DNA from: Piromyces finnis finn
Lineage: Eukaryota > Fungi > Neocallimastigomycota
Length of the DNA: 64,000 nt
NCBI GenBank assembly: GCA_002104945.1
Contig: MCFH01000003.1
Location: 248,001-312,000, forward strand
Direction of reading: 5' to 3'
Shown here in pieces: positions 15,814 through 35,335 of this stretch. Below the pieces are notes generated by a model, which was not told the origin of the DNA, did no database searches, and was given only the letters and a program-made list of their open reading frames with translations. Every line of letters starts with the position of its first letter. Position 1 is the stretch's first letter. A program made the translations under genes and the position numbers.

Positions 15814-16305
15814 ATAAATTCAACGTCAAACAAAATGAATATACCATTTTTTTTTTTATTTTAATTAATTTATAGAGTTATACAATTAAAATTTGGATAA
15901 ATATTTTTTACATTTAGAAAAACAAACAAATAAACAAACAAATTAATAAAAACGAAAGCAACTAACATATGAAAAGAAAAAAAAAATAATTATTATTTAA
16001 TCATATAATCAATAAATATGTATTACCATACAATTATCATATTAAAATTTTGTAATTATTTATTATTATCCTTATTTTAAATGATAAAGAGAAAAAAAAA
16101 TAATAATAATAATAATAAAAAAAAATAAAAAAAATTATTAATAAATTAAACAAAATTTTTATATACATATGAATAAAATGGGTGTGTGTATGTGCAGATT
16201 ATAAATAATCTTTAGAAAATATTTTTCTGTTTATTTAATATTAATATATAAAACATGAATAAATTAGAGTATTAATATACATAGGAATATATGTATAGTA
16301 TCTAT

Positions 16306-21902
<5,597 letters not shown>

Positions 21903-23902
21903 TTATTTATAATGGAATATCTATAGAATAAATGAACAGCCAACCGTAATATAATTTAATAAAATTAACAAATATCTTTTTTCAATTTGATAAATTTTTT
22001 CTAAATAAATTTCTGAAATTTAAATGAACTTTTTTTTTTTTCCTTTATTAATTTGTAATGTTTAGTTTAATTTGTTATTAAAATGAATATATATAATTAT
22101 CTTCATATTATTATTATTATTTTATAAATTCGTAGATTCAATTTAATTTTAAAAAAGTATAATGATTTTAAAAGTCCATTTCAAATTAATTAATTAAAAA
22201 ATTTCACTTTTTCTTATTAAAAAAAAAAAAAAAAAAAAATTGAAAATGGTATTTTTTTTACCACCACCACCACCACAAATAATAAAAAATAAAATTACCA
22301 AATAAAAATCATACATTAATTAAAATTTTTTTAAAAAAATTTTTGTGGGTTTAAAAATTCCTTTTTCAAAAAATTATAAATGGTATTATCGGCGGTGGTA
22401 ACAGTAGGAGAAGGAGAGGAAGCAGAAGTAGGTGCAAATGAAGCATTTAAAATAAATGGATTACCAACATCAATAATTTAATTAATCATTAATTCTTATT
22501 ATTTTATAGTAAATCTATTTATTTCTCTACACACACACCACGTACAAATATATAAAGGAATTTAATGAAAAATATTAATATAATATAATATAATGAAAAG
22601 AAAAGAATTGATTTTTTTTTTATATTTCCTTATCTCACGAATACTTTATGATTAATACTAATTTATTTTATAATACAATGATTATCAAAAAGTATTCAAT
22701 TCTGTTATATTTTTAAAATTTCATATTATCATGACTATTTCAATTTCATTAATTATTAATACAGCAATGGATTCATAATAAAAAAATAGAAAGGTTTTAA
22801 AGTATTTGTTAAATTAATAAAAAAAAGAAAAATAAAAATGAATTTGATGTTTTTAGTTAGATAAAAATTATACGTATGTGTATTAATAATAATATGCATA
22901 TACATATATACATAATTGTAAAATAGTAATAATAATATAACAATAATAACAATTTTAATCATGGAATCAAACTTTTTACCATATAGATAGAAATACTTTT
23001 AAGAGATATAATATGTATGAAACTATAAAATACAAAAATGTATTAATGTTTAAACTAGAAGTTGTTTCTATCTTATCATAATGTCAAATTTAAAGTAGAT
23101 TATACAGATATTTTTATTTTATTTCTATAAGTTTTTTTTATATACTTTCAACATGTGTTAAATCAATTTTCCTTATACTCTTTAAAAATTTTAAAATTTT
23201 TATTTTAAACTTTTCTTTTTTACCAAATTTTGATAATTTTTGATATTTTATATCTTTAAAAATTTTATTACTAATATATTTTATTAGTATTATATCTAAA
23301 ATTATCAAAGTATTAAAATATATGAAAAGGATTATATGTTATATTTTGGTGTTTGTTAAATTCTATCCGATACGATTAATCCTCCTCTTATTATTATTAA
23401 TATAAAGGAAACTGGAAAAAAAAAAAAAAAACTAATTTTTGAAAAGTTCAAAACCTTCATATTAAATGACCATAAAAATACTTGTAGCTAATTCCCTATA
23501 AATATATATTTTTCTTTCTTTTTTTTTTAATTATTAGTAATCACTTAATAATAGAAAAATAAAAAAAAAACATTTTAATATCTTAAAACTTTTATATAAT
23601 AATATTTAAGATTAAGTTTACAAAATGGTGATAAAAAGGGAAAATTTTAAATATTATTTTAATTAACTTTAAACAACTTTATATCTCTTAAATAAAACTA
23701 TTTTTATAGAGTTTTTGTAAAAAAAAAAATAAACGATAATAATAGTAAATAATAATTTAATACAGTCTATCTTATTCTTAAACTATATTTAGCTTTCTGT
23801 TTTTATATATATATTAACATTTATAATTAAAATACTTGAATTTTATTAATTTACCATAATGGTATTTTGTATTTTATAAACAATTTAGTTGAAAAAAAAA
23901 GA

Positions 23903-23942
<40 letters not shown>

Positions 23943-24242
23943 TTTTAATTTTTAACATTTCTCTTTTTATCAATTTCATCAAATCTTAATTGTATATTTA
24001 TCATTTAATGTTTCTTTTTATTTAAAATAATTTTATTTAAAGTATTTTTAAATATATATATATATATAAATTTCTTTTTGTTCACTTTTTTTTATAATAT
24101 TTTTTGATTCATACCTGTAAAAAATACGTCACTTTTGTATTTTTGTATATGTAAATAAATATATATATATACTTATTATATATATTATTAGTATACAATT
24201 ATATTAAATTTCATTAAAAAAAAATAATAATATTAGAATAAG

Positions 24243-27200
24243 ATGAATCTATTTACCTATCTGACATTTATATTCCTATTTATACTAGGTATAAATCTAA
24301 TATAATAATAATTAATAAAAAATAATTTTTTTTTTTTATTAAATGGTTATTACTCACTAAAAAAAAAAAAACCTTACTCTTCTTTAATTTTAAAAGACTT
24401 TATCTATTGTACAACTATTGAAATTATTTACCACGCTGATGGATATAATGAGAAGATCATTAATAAAATAATAGATGATTTCAATGATGAATCGAGAGGT
24501 AAAGGATGGGATGTAACTCTATCAAAGAATACAATATCTACGGATTTGACATCAGACAGTTATACCGAATCGTTAGAATCTCTTCTTAAGTCAAATAGAA
24601 AATCAGATATTTACGATATCATTATTTATGATGTAGGAGAAAAAAATAGATTTAGTAAACATCTTGAAGATCTAGATAAATATTTAGATACATCAATCAT
24701 TGATCAATATACACAAGGAATTGTTGGAGATATACTTTTGTTTGACAATAAACTATACTCGATTGTAAAATATTTATTCCATATAAAGAAAACAATACTA
24801 TTACTAATAATAATAATATTAAATAAAATAAAATGAAATGAAACTAAACAAATGCTAACCTAATATTTTATTTTAAATAATAATTAATTTAATAAATATA
24901 GCCATTATATTTAGAATATAGTATGCTTTATTATAATACCGAACTTTTGGATAAATATGAAAAAGAAGTACCAAAAACATGGTCTGATTTATATAATATA
25001 ACAAATTACATTGTATCAGAAGAGAAAAGCAAAGGTAGAAATATTATTGGTTACTCATCAGAAATGGCAGGTTATTATTTATTTTTAAAAGTATAAAAAT
25101 TTACCTATAAAATTTTAAATATTAATAAAATTAAATAATTTTATAAAAAAAAAAAATTATAAAATAGATACGGAAACGGGATTTTGTTCATTTTATGAAT
25201 ATGCATATTCATTTAGAAATTTACCAACGGATTCATATCCTTCATTTAAAAATCCAGAAGGTAGAAATTCTGTTGAATTCTTGATGAAAATGAAAAATGA
25301 ATTAGGAGGTATTTATTTTTTTTTTTCCCACTAATTTTAAGATAGTAAAAGTTTTATTATCCTCTATCTATCTATCTATAAATCATATAAATGAAATATA
25401 TATTATTAATAAAATATATATAAATATATAAAAATAACAATATATTTATATATATTTTATACATTTTTGTACTAATGAATAAATATTTTTCTACTTTTAA
25501 AAATTGCCAAAAAAGATAGTGCATTTTATTCCGATTATAAAAGTATTAATTATTGTTTAAAGTCATCAACTTGTTTATTTGTTAAAACATGGAATAATGT
25601 AGAACATGATAATCGATTCGGTATGACCACATTACCAGGAAAGAATAAAGATGTATCAGGTTCAATTATTTCAGGATATAATATTGGAATAAATAATAAA
25701 ATTTCAAAAGAAAAAAAGGAATTAGCATCGATAGTATTGAACTATTTTTCATCAAAAGATTTCCAAAAAAATATTATTATGGAAGCAGGATATCTAAGTG
25801 GCTATAAAGAATTATATGAAGACAATACAGAATGTGAAAAGTACAGTCAATGTCAAACTTTGAAAAGTGTACAATATTTATTGAAACCAACAGACCTCAC
25901 AGAAGATTATACAAATTATTCTAAAAAATTTAGAAATTACCTATTGCAGTATTTAACAAATGGTGATGATATTATGGAATATCTTATAAGTATTGAATCC
26001 CTATCAAATGTACTATTTGAGGATAAAAATTTTATTGTAAATAAAATTATCATTAATGTTATTTGTGCTACCAATTTATTCTTTCTTTGTTCGCTCGCAG
26101 TAGCCCATACAAAGAAGCATATAAAGAAATTTAGAATATTTAAGTGTTTTTATTGGTTCTTCTATCTCTTGGGATTAATGTTAATTATGGGTTATGCGTT
26201 CACTGGTATTGGTAGATTAAACAATTTTAAATGTAGAATAAGAACATTCCTTTTATCTATTGGATTTACATTGAGTAATACTTTACTGTGTATTAGGATG
26301 CTGATTAATTTCCCTGAGAGTGAAAGACGTTTTGTTAGATTTTGTGAAAGACATATTGGGTTATGTGTTCATCTTTCTGTTTTTATAGATACTATATTGA
26401 ATTTCCTAGTCTATATTGATCCATATAAGGTTGTTATATTGACGGATGATAATATAAGGTATTATTCATGTCAAATTCAAGGAAATCTAGGTCATGGTTT
26501 ATTGGGACTTATTTATATATACAAGATAATTATTATCTTGGCATTGTTTCTTTTGGTATTTATTGAATGGAATATGGAAGAATATAAGAATGATATTCGT
26601 TTAGTATTAGGTAATATAATTTGTTGTACTATTACCTTTGCTATCTATGCCATCATGCAACTTTTGAATATCAATAGTCAATTTCGATTTATGATCATAT
26701 CATTTTTATCCTACTTATTCGGAGTCTCTAATTTCTGTATATTCTTTTTCAGTCGATTCTTTTTCGGAGAAACAGAGGAAGAAGTAGAAAACAAAATAAT
26801 TTTAGAAAAAGCTAAAAATCGTAGTAAATCTTTAGCATCTACTGGTTTGGAAAGGTACCGTAGTAGTATAAGTTTGAATCAATCTGGTTCTGGTCCTGGA
26901 AAGAAGATGTCTTTTACCGAAAGAATAGTTAGTTTACATAACTTTGGTGAAGAAATTAAAAAGAGTTGTGATATTAGTAAGAAATCTAATAGTTCATCCA
27001 GCAATGATGTATCTAGTTCTAAAGATAATATTAAGAATGCTTTCGGTTCCAAAGATAATCTTAAAAGTATGTCTGGTTCCAAAGATAATCTTAAAAGTAT
27101 GTCTGGTTCTAAAGATAATCTTAAAAAAATTTCTCATTCCTCCATTAATATTTCACTTGGAAGATTAGATGAAGAAGCACCATCAATCCAAAGAAAAGCT

Positions 27201-27830
27201 TCCCAGATCGATGTTATTCCCGAAAACAAGATTGCCGAGATATACAATTCTACAAATGATAGAATTTCAGAAAATATTGATGACGTATATATCAGTCGTA
27301 GTAGAACTCGATCCTACGATAATGTTTTATCAAACATGAATAGAGTTACACGAATCAATTCAACACCAAATAAAAAGTATATTGGTTCTTCGAACATGCG
27401 TTCATATGAAAACTTCAGTAGTAATCGATTTGTCAGAAAAGGATCTAACGTTAGTTTTTCAAATATTAATGCCACCACTACCACCACTAGTTACAATAAC
27501 AATAATTTGCCAAGTGATAATTCTAATTCTAATATATCTAAAAAAGATATTGCTGTCAGTAATTCTGTAGATAACATTGAAATAATTACACATAATGGAA
27601 AATCTCAGAATAATATTTCTTCCGGTGTACCATACAATGTTATTTCAGGGGATTTTGTATCCATTAATAGTTCCAATTATAAAAATTCCATATATGAAGA
27701 CACCTCTAGCACCTACTCTGACAATAATAAAAGTAATAATAATAATAGGGGTAATGGACTTCCATCAGCTTTAAGTATGAATAGTCATGTGTCATTTAGA
27801 AGTGCTGAAGATTCTAATTTTGATGCTTAA
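24243..27830 (+). CDS. Class C-like 7TM receptor with N-terminal bacterial-type extracellular solute-binding (sugar ABC family 1-like) domain, 5 exons
   Basis: Signal peptide MNLFTYLTFIFLFILDFIYC; SBP motifs YDIIIYD, KLYSIPLYLEYSMLYYNTELLDKYEKEVPKTWSDL and SGSIISGYNIGIN; seven hydrophobic segments including KCRIRTFLLSIGFTL and YYSCQ; long Ser-rich tail. Exons approximately 24243-24288, 24397-24764, 24902-25070, 25168-25308, 25516-27830. Confidence 0.88.
27018..27128 (+). repeat. Four 30-bp coding repeats (SKDNLKSMSG-like) in the receptor tail
   Basis: tcYaaagataatcttaaaa units visible in tandem. Confidence 0.85.
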
Positions 27831-28237
27831 TTCCGCTCCATGAAACATGAATGAACACTTTAAATCATTTATTTTCATCCAAAAACATATAATCACTATT
27901 TAATATTTATTTTCTGTTTTATTTTTATATGAGTATTTATTTCTTGTATGTATACTAAATATTTTTATAGTATTTATCCTTACCCATTCCATTTCAATAA
28001 TTAATGTAAATTATTTCAACAGTGCTATAATAAATAAAAATCAAATTAATAGAATAATCCTTTTGACAAAAGATTTGGTTGTGATGAGAAATGTTACACA
28101 AGCTCAATAATATTTTTTTTGAGAAATAATATTATCACTGTTGTGTAACGTTACATATATCTTTTTTTTTTATTTTAATCATCCTATTATCTCATATTAA
28201 TGAAATAATTAATTTATGTCTATAAAGTGACCATAAA

Positions 28238-28366
28238 GTATTTAAAAGATATTATTATTTGATATAGAAAATAGAAATGTATTTAAAAGATATTATTATT
28301 TGATATAGAAAATAGAAATGTATTTAAAAGATATTATTATTTGATATAGAAAATAGAAATGTATTT
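28238..28366. repeat. Perfect 41-bp minisatellite, 3 copies
   Basis: gtatttaaaagatattattatttgatatagaaaatagaaat starts at 28238, 28279 and 28320. Confidence 0.95.
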
Positions 28367-29699
28367 TAATTTTTACAAAATATCTCTATTATAAACCACT
28401 TTTAGATCTAAATCATTCAATATATAATTATTATGGACTAAAAAGTTTTTATTTTAAAAAATGAAATAATTTTAAAAATCCAAGTGTTTTATATAAAATT
28501 AATATTCATTCTTTATAAATATAATAATAAAAGGATATTGCCAATTCTCTTTATAACTTTTATATTATTCATACCATTATTTAGTTGTAGTAATGACTAT
28601 GGTTGTAATTGCATATCAATAAAATGTTTTTTTTTACACTAAAAATGTCTTAAAATCAAATTCAATTTTATAATAAATAAGGTTTATTAAAAGTTTTAGT
28701 TTTATTATTAATTTCAAAACTTTATTTTATAGAAAAATAAAAATTTATATTATATAAATATATTATTTTTAATTTATAAAAATTTAATTAAACCATTTTA
28801 AGTATATGAATAACAACATTTATTAATTAAAAAAAAACAATTAACCAATAACACAATAATTTTATTCCTACATTTTACGATAATAAAAAGTAGGAATAAA
28901 CTGACCATTTAAAGTATTTTAATTAGAAGAAATGATAAGAAATGCGTGTGTGCGTGTGTGTGTGTATGTGTATGTGCATGCGTCTTTCTCTCTATCTCTA
29001 GTAGTAGATTATTACTTTACTTTAAAAAAGTAAAAAATAAAATCATATTTGAATGTCTATTATTTATTATTTGTTTTTAGTTTTACATTTAATTCTAAAA
29101 GAATGTGAATTATTTTTTTTTTTTTTTTAGATAAGAATGTTTTTATTGTTGTTAATGTTGAATGATAAAGGAAATAATAAAAATATAAAAAGCAATGAAT
29201 GCATTGATTAATTCAAATTATAAATTTCTAATAAATACTTCTTTTTTTTGCATTTAGACTAATGCATAAAAAGGAATGAGGAGATATTGCACTTTTTAAT
29301 ATTTTTGGTTTTAATATAAATTTATTATAAAATTGTTAAAAGTGGATTTTTGAAGCATGTTTTTTTTTTTAATATCCCATAAATGTATTTATTTATTGAA
29401 GATAAAGTTACCTTGTTATGGATAATTTTTATTTAATTGTCAAGTACGCCAAAAAATGAATAAACTATGACATAGAATTAGTCAAAATATTTCCTTTTCA
29501 CTTAATTTTATATTTAATTTATAGACATATTAAATAAAAAAAAAAAGTCATTTTTTTATGCATGGCTTAAGGACATCACTTTTATATATATATAAAAGTA
29601 AACATTGGTTTTTGTAAATAAGCAGTACAAACTATGTTTGAGTAGGTGTGATGTAATAAAGAAGATAAACACTTTCTATTTTTTTTTTTAAATATTTAG

Positions 29700-29880
29700 T
29701 ATATTTATTTAATATATAATTATCTATTCATTTATTTATATAATCCTATTTATTTAATATATAATTATCTATTCATTTATTTATCTAATACTATTTATTT
29801 ACATAAATATTTATCTATTCATTTATTTATCTAATACTATTTATTTATTTATTTACATAAATATCTATTCATTCATTTAT
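29700..29880. repeat. Imperfect AT-rich tandem repeat built from tatctattcatttattt and tatttattt units
   Basis: Recurrent tatctattcattt motif. Confidence 0.7.
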
Positions 29881-31669
29881 GTTTTATTATCAATTTATCA
29901 ATTTTGAACCAAATTTTTAACCTTTCTAATATATATTAAATAAATTAAAACATCATTTGAGATTTTTATTTATTCACAAATAATATTGCTTTAAATATAA
30001 CAATATATTAAATTTAATTAAAATAATATATTAATATAAATTATCAATACTATTTGAATGTATTAATAAATATATTATATTAAATAGAACTATTTCAATT
30101 GACTATTGTATTTATATATTATTTTTATATTAAATTAATTAGGAAATGTATTCATGATATGAGAAAAATTAATTAAACCAATATATTATATTATATTTAA
30201 ATATATTCCGTTATTATTTTATTATAAATTAAACTTTTTTGTGTTTTTATTTTATAATTAGTTTCAAAAAAATAAATAATACTAATCATTTATAATAATA
30301 GTTAACTTGTTATTATTATTGTATATTAATATTTAGTTTTTTTTTTTTGAATTAACTAGAGCATAGGATGATGATACTATATATTAAAATATGGGAATTA
30401 TCATAAGATAAATGGAAATACTATTATTTTAGAATAAAATAATAATTAGAAAAGAAAATTTCTCAATAATTGTTATAAACTTTTTTTTTTAAGATAGATA
30501 AAATTAATATATTATATCATAATTTTAAATATAAAAAATAAATAAATGAATAAATTATTATTTCTTTTAAATAAATTTTGTAAATTGTTTATTAATGTTT
30601 ATATTGAATTTATATATATTACAATATATTATTAATATATGATTTAATATATTTTTTTAATAATTAAAATCTATTCCTTTTTTAAAATAAAAATTTCTAA
30701 TTTTTTAAGAAATTTTTTTTTAAACATTTCCTAATAATTATTTATTTAAAAGTTAAAAAAAAAAGATTAATTTTTATTATACTGTTGATTTGTATATATA
30801 AAGATTAATTGTTACTTTTTCTATAAATTAATCTTTTATATATATAAATAGAATCATTATATGTATTTAGAAAGAATAATCAGTATCAGTATTAAATATA
30901 TAATTTATAGTTCCTTTTATATTTCTTTTTATTTGTAACAAAAAGTGTTGTAAAAATCAAATTATCAAAACATTTTTATTTGAAATTATAAATTTAATAA
31001 CTCATCACACCAATCAATCAATAATTATAACTAAGAAAAAAAATACTTTTATATTCTTAATAAAATTTAATAATAATTTAATAAAAATACCAAAATTATT
31101 TTCTAATCACAAATAATAATAAATAATAATAATTACTCAAAAACAAAACAAAAACAGTAATATAATAAAAATATTTAAAAACTAAATACTTAATATTTAT
31201 GTTTAATTAAATTCTTTATACCAATAAATATATTATAATATATTATTTTTTTAAAAGGTAACTACTGTAATATACATTTATAATATTCTCTATCAAATAT
31301 TTATTCAAAAAAAAAAAAAAACATTGAAATTTAAATAGAAAATAATTAAAACATTATATTTACTAGTAAGAAATAATGAAATTTAAATAGAAAATAATTT
31401 AATATTATATTTACTAGTAAGAAATAAAAGATAAATATAGTAGTATAAATTTACAAAAATTCACCATTCCATTTAACATTTAGAAATTATTAAAATTTAA
31501 AAAGATAGGTTTTATCTTTTTTAATTTATAATTAGTATTAAATAATGTTTTTTTTTCATATATATGTAAGCAACAGATCGTGTAATAGTAAAAGTAAAAT
31601 ATTAACATGAATAATATCTATTTATTTATATATATTAATTTAGAAATACTTTAATAACTATTATTAAAA

Positions 31670-33368
31670 ATGGCTGTCGAAATAGAAAATAATAATGAAC
31701 AAACCTCACAGACAAATCAAACTCCTGAATCAACACAACAAAATATTCCACGTAGAAGAATCAAGAAGGCTTCAAAGAGACGTGGTAATGATGTTAAGCA
31801 TGTTTCTCGTAAACTTATTATGGCTTGGAAATTGGCTTCTGAACATCCAAATATTACTTGGAAAGAAGTAGCACCAATAATTGATTCAGTTGAATATATA
31901 TCTTCTCATTGGAAAAGTGATGAACGTTTAAAAGATATTGAACCAGTAGCAATCGAAATTGTACAACAAGTTAATAAAATTCATGTTGAATTAAATTTAC
32001 GTGTATTTGGTATGAATCGTTTACGTATTATTACCGAAGAATTTTTAAATCTTTTAAAGAAAGAACGTGATGAATTCGTAGAAAAGTCGAAAGAAAAGAA
32101 AGAAAAAGAATCTGAAGGTGTTACAAACCAAGAACAATCATCTGAAATTGAAAATAGTATGAATGAGTCAAGCACAGAAAGTAATAAAATACTCTTTTTA
32201 ATATAGTTATTTTTTAAAATTTTATTAATAGGATAGATGGTCATTTTACTAATTTTTTTTTATTTGCATTTGTATTCTATAGAAAATGAAAATACCAAAA
32301 AGACAGAATCAAAACCATTAAGATCAAAAGAAGATTTAATAGATAGATTAATATTATCCTTGACTCAATTATATGATCTTTTAAACGAACCATCGGATTC
32401 AGTGCCATCATCAGGTCCAAATAGCCCAAAAGCAACATATATAACCCCACAACAAAAACACAAGTCTAAAAAGCGTAATTTATTTTCTGGTTTTTTCAGT
32501 AGTGATAGAAAACAAGCATCATCATCTAGTAATACTGCTAGTTCATCTATAAATAGTCCAGAATTAAGTACTTCTAGTATACCATCCAGTTTAGAAGTTT
32601 ACAAAAATAATATTGTCTCAGAATGGCAAGAATATACTCGTAAATATGTTGAACCAAATTACCTTTTTAAGGTATGTAAATGTTATTTAGCTGCTAATCC
32701 AACTGCTATACCTGAAAAAGCTAGTCTTATTGGTCAAAATTGGATATGTGTTGCTAATGAAATTAGTGTATCATTATGGAATATATTAAAAAAGAGAGAA
32801 GATGACTTGGCAAGTTCACTAATATTTTTAACTCTTTATAAACACGGTTCCAATGAAATTATAGAACGTGCCATTAATACCATAGGAAGTCAACTTCCAC
32901 ATTATTTATATGTTCGTTTAGAATATGCATTAAAGATAAAAGAGGTAAATTAAAATTTTAAAAAAAAATAATATTTCTATGTTTAAATATATTAATTAAG
33001 CATTTTTAAAAATATTTTTATTCATTCAACATAAAAAAAAAAAATATACTAATTTAACATTTTTAAAATATTCTTATTCATTCAACAATATAAAAAAATA
33101 ACACTTTTTGAAATAGTTTGAACAATTTACTAAGGAAGAACAACAAATGTTAGATAGTAATTACATACCAGAAGAATTACAACAACAAATTCCAGCTTCT
33201 CCAATATCCCCAAGTGTAAAATCTCTTCATAAGAAAAGCAATCCTGATTTTAGTGCTAAAAGATCCATCTCTCTATCTAAAAAAGACAAAAAGAAGCATA
33301 TGTCTCTTTCAACAAAGAGTGATGGTAGTGATGAACCATTAAGTTTTGCTGATATGTTAGCTATGTAA
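31670..33368 (+). CDS. Hypothetical helical protein, about 474 aa, 3 exons
   Basis: Exons 31670-32180, 32283-32944, 33117-33368 join in frame (1425 nt). Coding-like composition; no family recognised. Confidence 0.8.
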
Positions 33369-34325
33369 AAATGATATTACTATCATAAGGATGTTATTCC
33401 ATTTTTTTTTCTTTTTATTAAAGCAAAAAAAAAATGAAAGTTTTTTAAAACAAACAAAACGTATTATAATATTATTTTCTATAAAAGTAGAAAAAAAATT
33501 GATTTTTTAAATAATTAAGATGTTTAATATTTCAAAATAATTAACAATTTAAAATTATAAATATATATACATAAATAAAATAATTTATAATTTTAATAAT
33601 TATATATATATAAAGAATGATTAAAGAAGAAGCCTTTATTTTTTTTTTTTTAAAAAATATTAGTAATTATAAAATTTATAAATGAGTATATAAATTCTTT
33701 TTTTTTTTTTCTTTATAATTATAATATTATATATTAATATTTTAATTTCAAGAAGAAGAAAAGAAGAAGAAGAAAAGTACATAGCAGTAGTTTACAACAA
33801 CAACAACAACAACAACAACAAATAACAATCTATCTATTGATATAAAAAAAGAAAAAAGAAAAAAATAAAAATGAAATATTTATTAATTATTTCATTAAAA
33901 ACCTTTAAAGTTTTATATATAATTATAATAATAACTAGTAGTAGTAATAATAATAATTATTTTTTTTTTATCTTTATAAAATAATATCTATTTTAGAATG
34001 TAAAAATAAATATGTTTTTATTTTTTATCTATTTTAATCTAGTCAAGTAAATAATTATAGATTGTTATTTTTTTTTTTTTTTTTTAAAATAAATAAATAT
34101 AAATAAATAATAAATATTGGTAATAATAAAAATAAAAATAATAATAAAAATAAAATAATGACAACAATAACAACAACAACAACAACAAAAAATAAAAATA
34201 AAAATGAAATATTAAATCAATCAATTGTTTTTTTTTCTTTTCTTTTTTTTTCTTTTTTTTAGAAACGAAAAATAATTCTTGATAAAATTTTATCATTTAA
34301 CATAATAGCATCAACAATAACAATT

Positions 34326-34510
34326 AATAGTAATAGTAATAGTAATAGTCATAGTAATAGTAAGAGTCATAGTAATAGTAAGAGTCATAGTAATAGTAAT
34401 AGTAATAGTAATAGTCAAAGTAATAGTAATAGTAGTAGTAATAGTAATAGTAGTAGTAATAGTAATAGTAGTAGTAATAGTAATAGTAATAGTAATAGTC
34501 AAAGTAATAA
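34326..34510. repeat. (TAGTAA)n/(TAG)n compound microsatellite followed by three AATGCAATAC-like decamers
   Basis: Directly visible. Confidence 0.9.
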
Positions 34511-34709
34511 CATGCAATACAATGCAATACAATGCAATCTATTATAGACACCATTTTCAATCTAGAAATGTCAAATTCCATGTTTAGTCATATTAAAAAA
34601 AAAGATTTTTTTAAAATAACAGGTGATAATCATCAACTACGGAATAATTTTTTTTCTAATTCTTTTTTTCCCCGAAAATCCATTCATTTTTTTTAATATA
34701 TTTTTGGTT

Positions 34710-35248
34710 TTTTTTTTTTTTTTTAGACTTCCATATATCCTCATCTAACCCCCCTGAGTTATATATGGTATGTGATTGTACATTATTGTACATTGCCATA
34801 TCAGAACGACGTCGGCACAATCATCCCTCTGGGCAGGGCTAATATGGAATGGCTTATTGCTCTTAACGATCCTATCACACAAAGACCGAGCTACCAACAC
34901 CAGTGATCTCCTGAACCTTTATTGGCGAAGGATGATTAACGATGAGAACAACCCTCAAAGACCATAGTTAGTAATCTGTGAATTAATTGATACCCCTTCC
35001 TACATATACTCTAAACTTCAGTGGGAAAACCGCTTGATACGGAGAAAACTACCAATCTGAATTAACTGCTTAGGGTAGAGTCCGGTGGTATAGTTATACT
35101 TACCTGAATTGACCTTTAACCCCTATACTTTAAGCGCAAACCTGAAACAGGAAAATCGCTAAAGAACTGTCAATGGTGGGGGTCGAACCAGAAGCCTTAT
35201 GAATGCTAAGCGGGGGTCTTAACAACCAGGATAGAAACTGGAACGACC
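34710..35248 (-). mobile_element. Full-length tRNA-derived SINE (539 bp including poly(A)), flanked by a 13-bp target-site duplication
   Basis: TATATTTTTGGTT at both 34697-34709 and 35249-35261; poly(T) on the + strand to 34724 (poly(A) tail); B-box GGTTCGACCCC on the - strand at 35179-35189; markedly GC-richer than the flanks; no meaningful ORF. Confidence 0.85.
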
Positions 35249-35335
35249 TATATTTTTGGTTAATTAAATTTTTATATAAAATATTAAAAAAAAAAATATC
35301 AAATAAATTTTTTTTTTTTTTAAAAATACTTTAAA

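Noticed and set aside
28238-28366. 41-bp repeat (and the 57-bp and 51-bp arrays) as a CRISPR array
   Set aside because: Units are directly adjacent with no unique spacers, the context is eukaryotic and no cas genes are present.
34776-34967. 63-aa ORF inside the SINE
   Set aside because: Antisense to the element, non-ATG start and no recognisable motif.
35070-35078. CTACCCTAA (- strand) as a telomerase RNA template, or the insert as RNase P/MRP or SRP RNA
   Set aside because: Imperfect match to a CTAACCCTAA template and no P4 (CR-I/CR-V) or SRP helix-8 motifs found. TSD plus poly(A) favour a retroposed element; an Infernal search would settle it.
35168-35248. Functional tRNA-Leu gene
   Set aside because: T- and anticodon stems pair poorly, the A-box is irregular, and the sequence continues into a body bounded by poly(A) and a TSD, which fits a SINE head.
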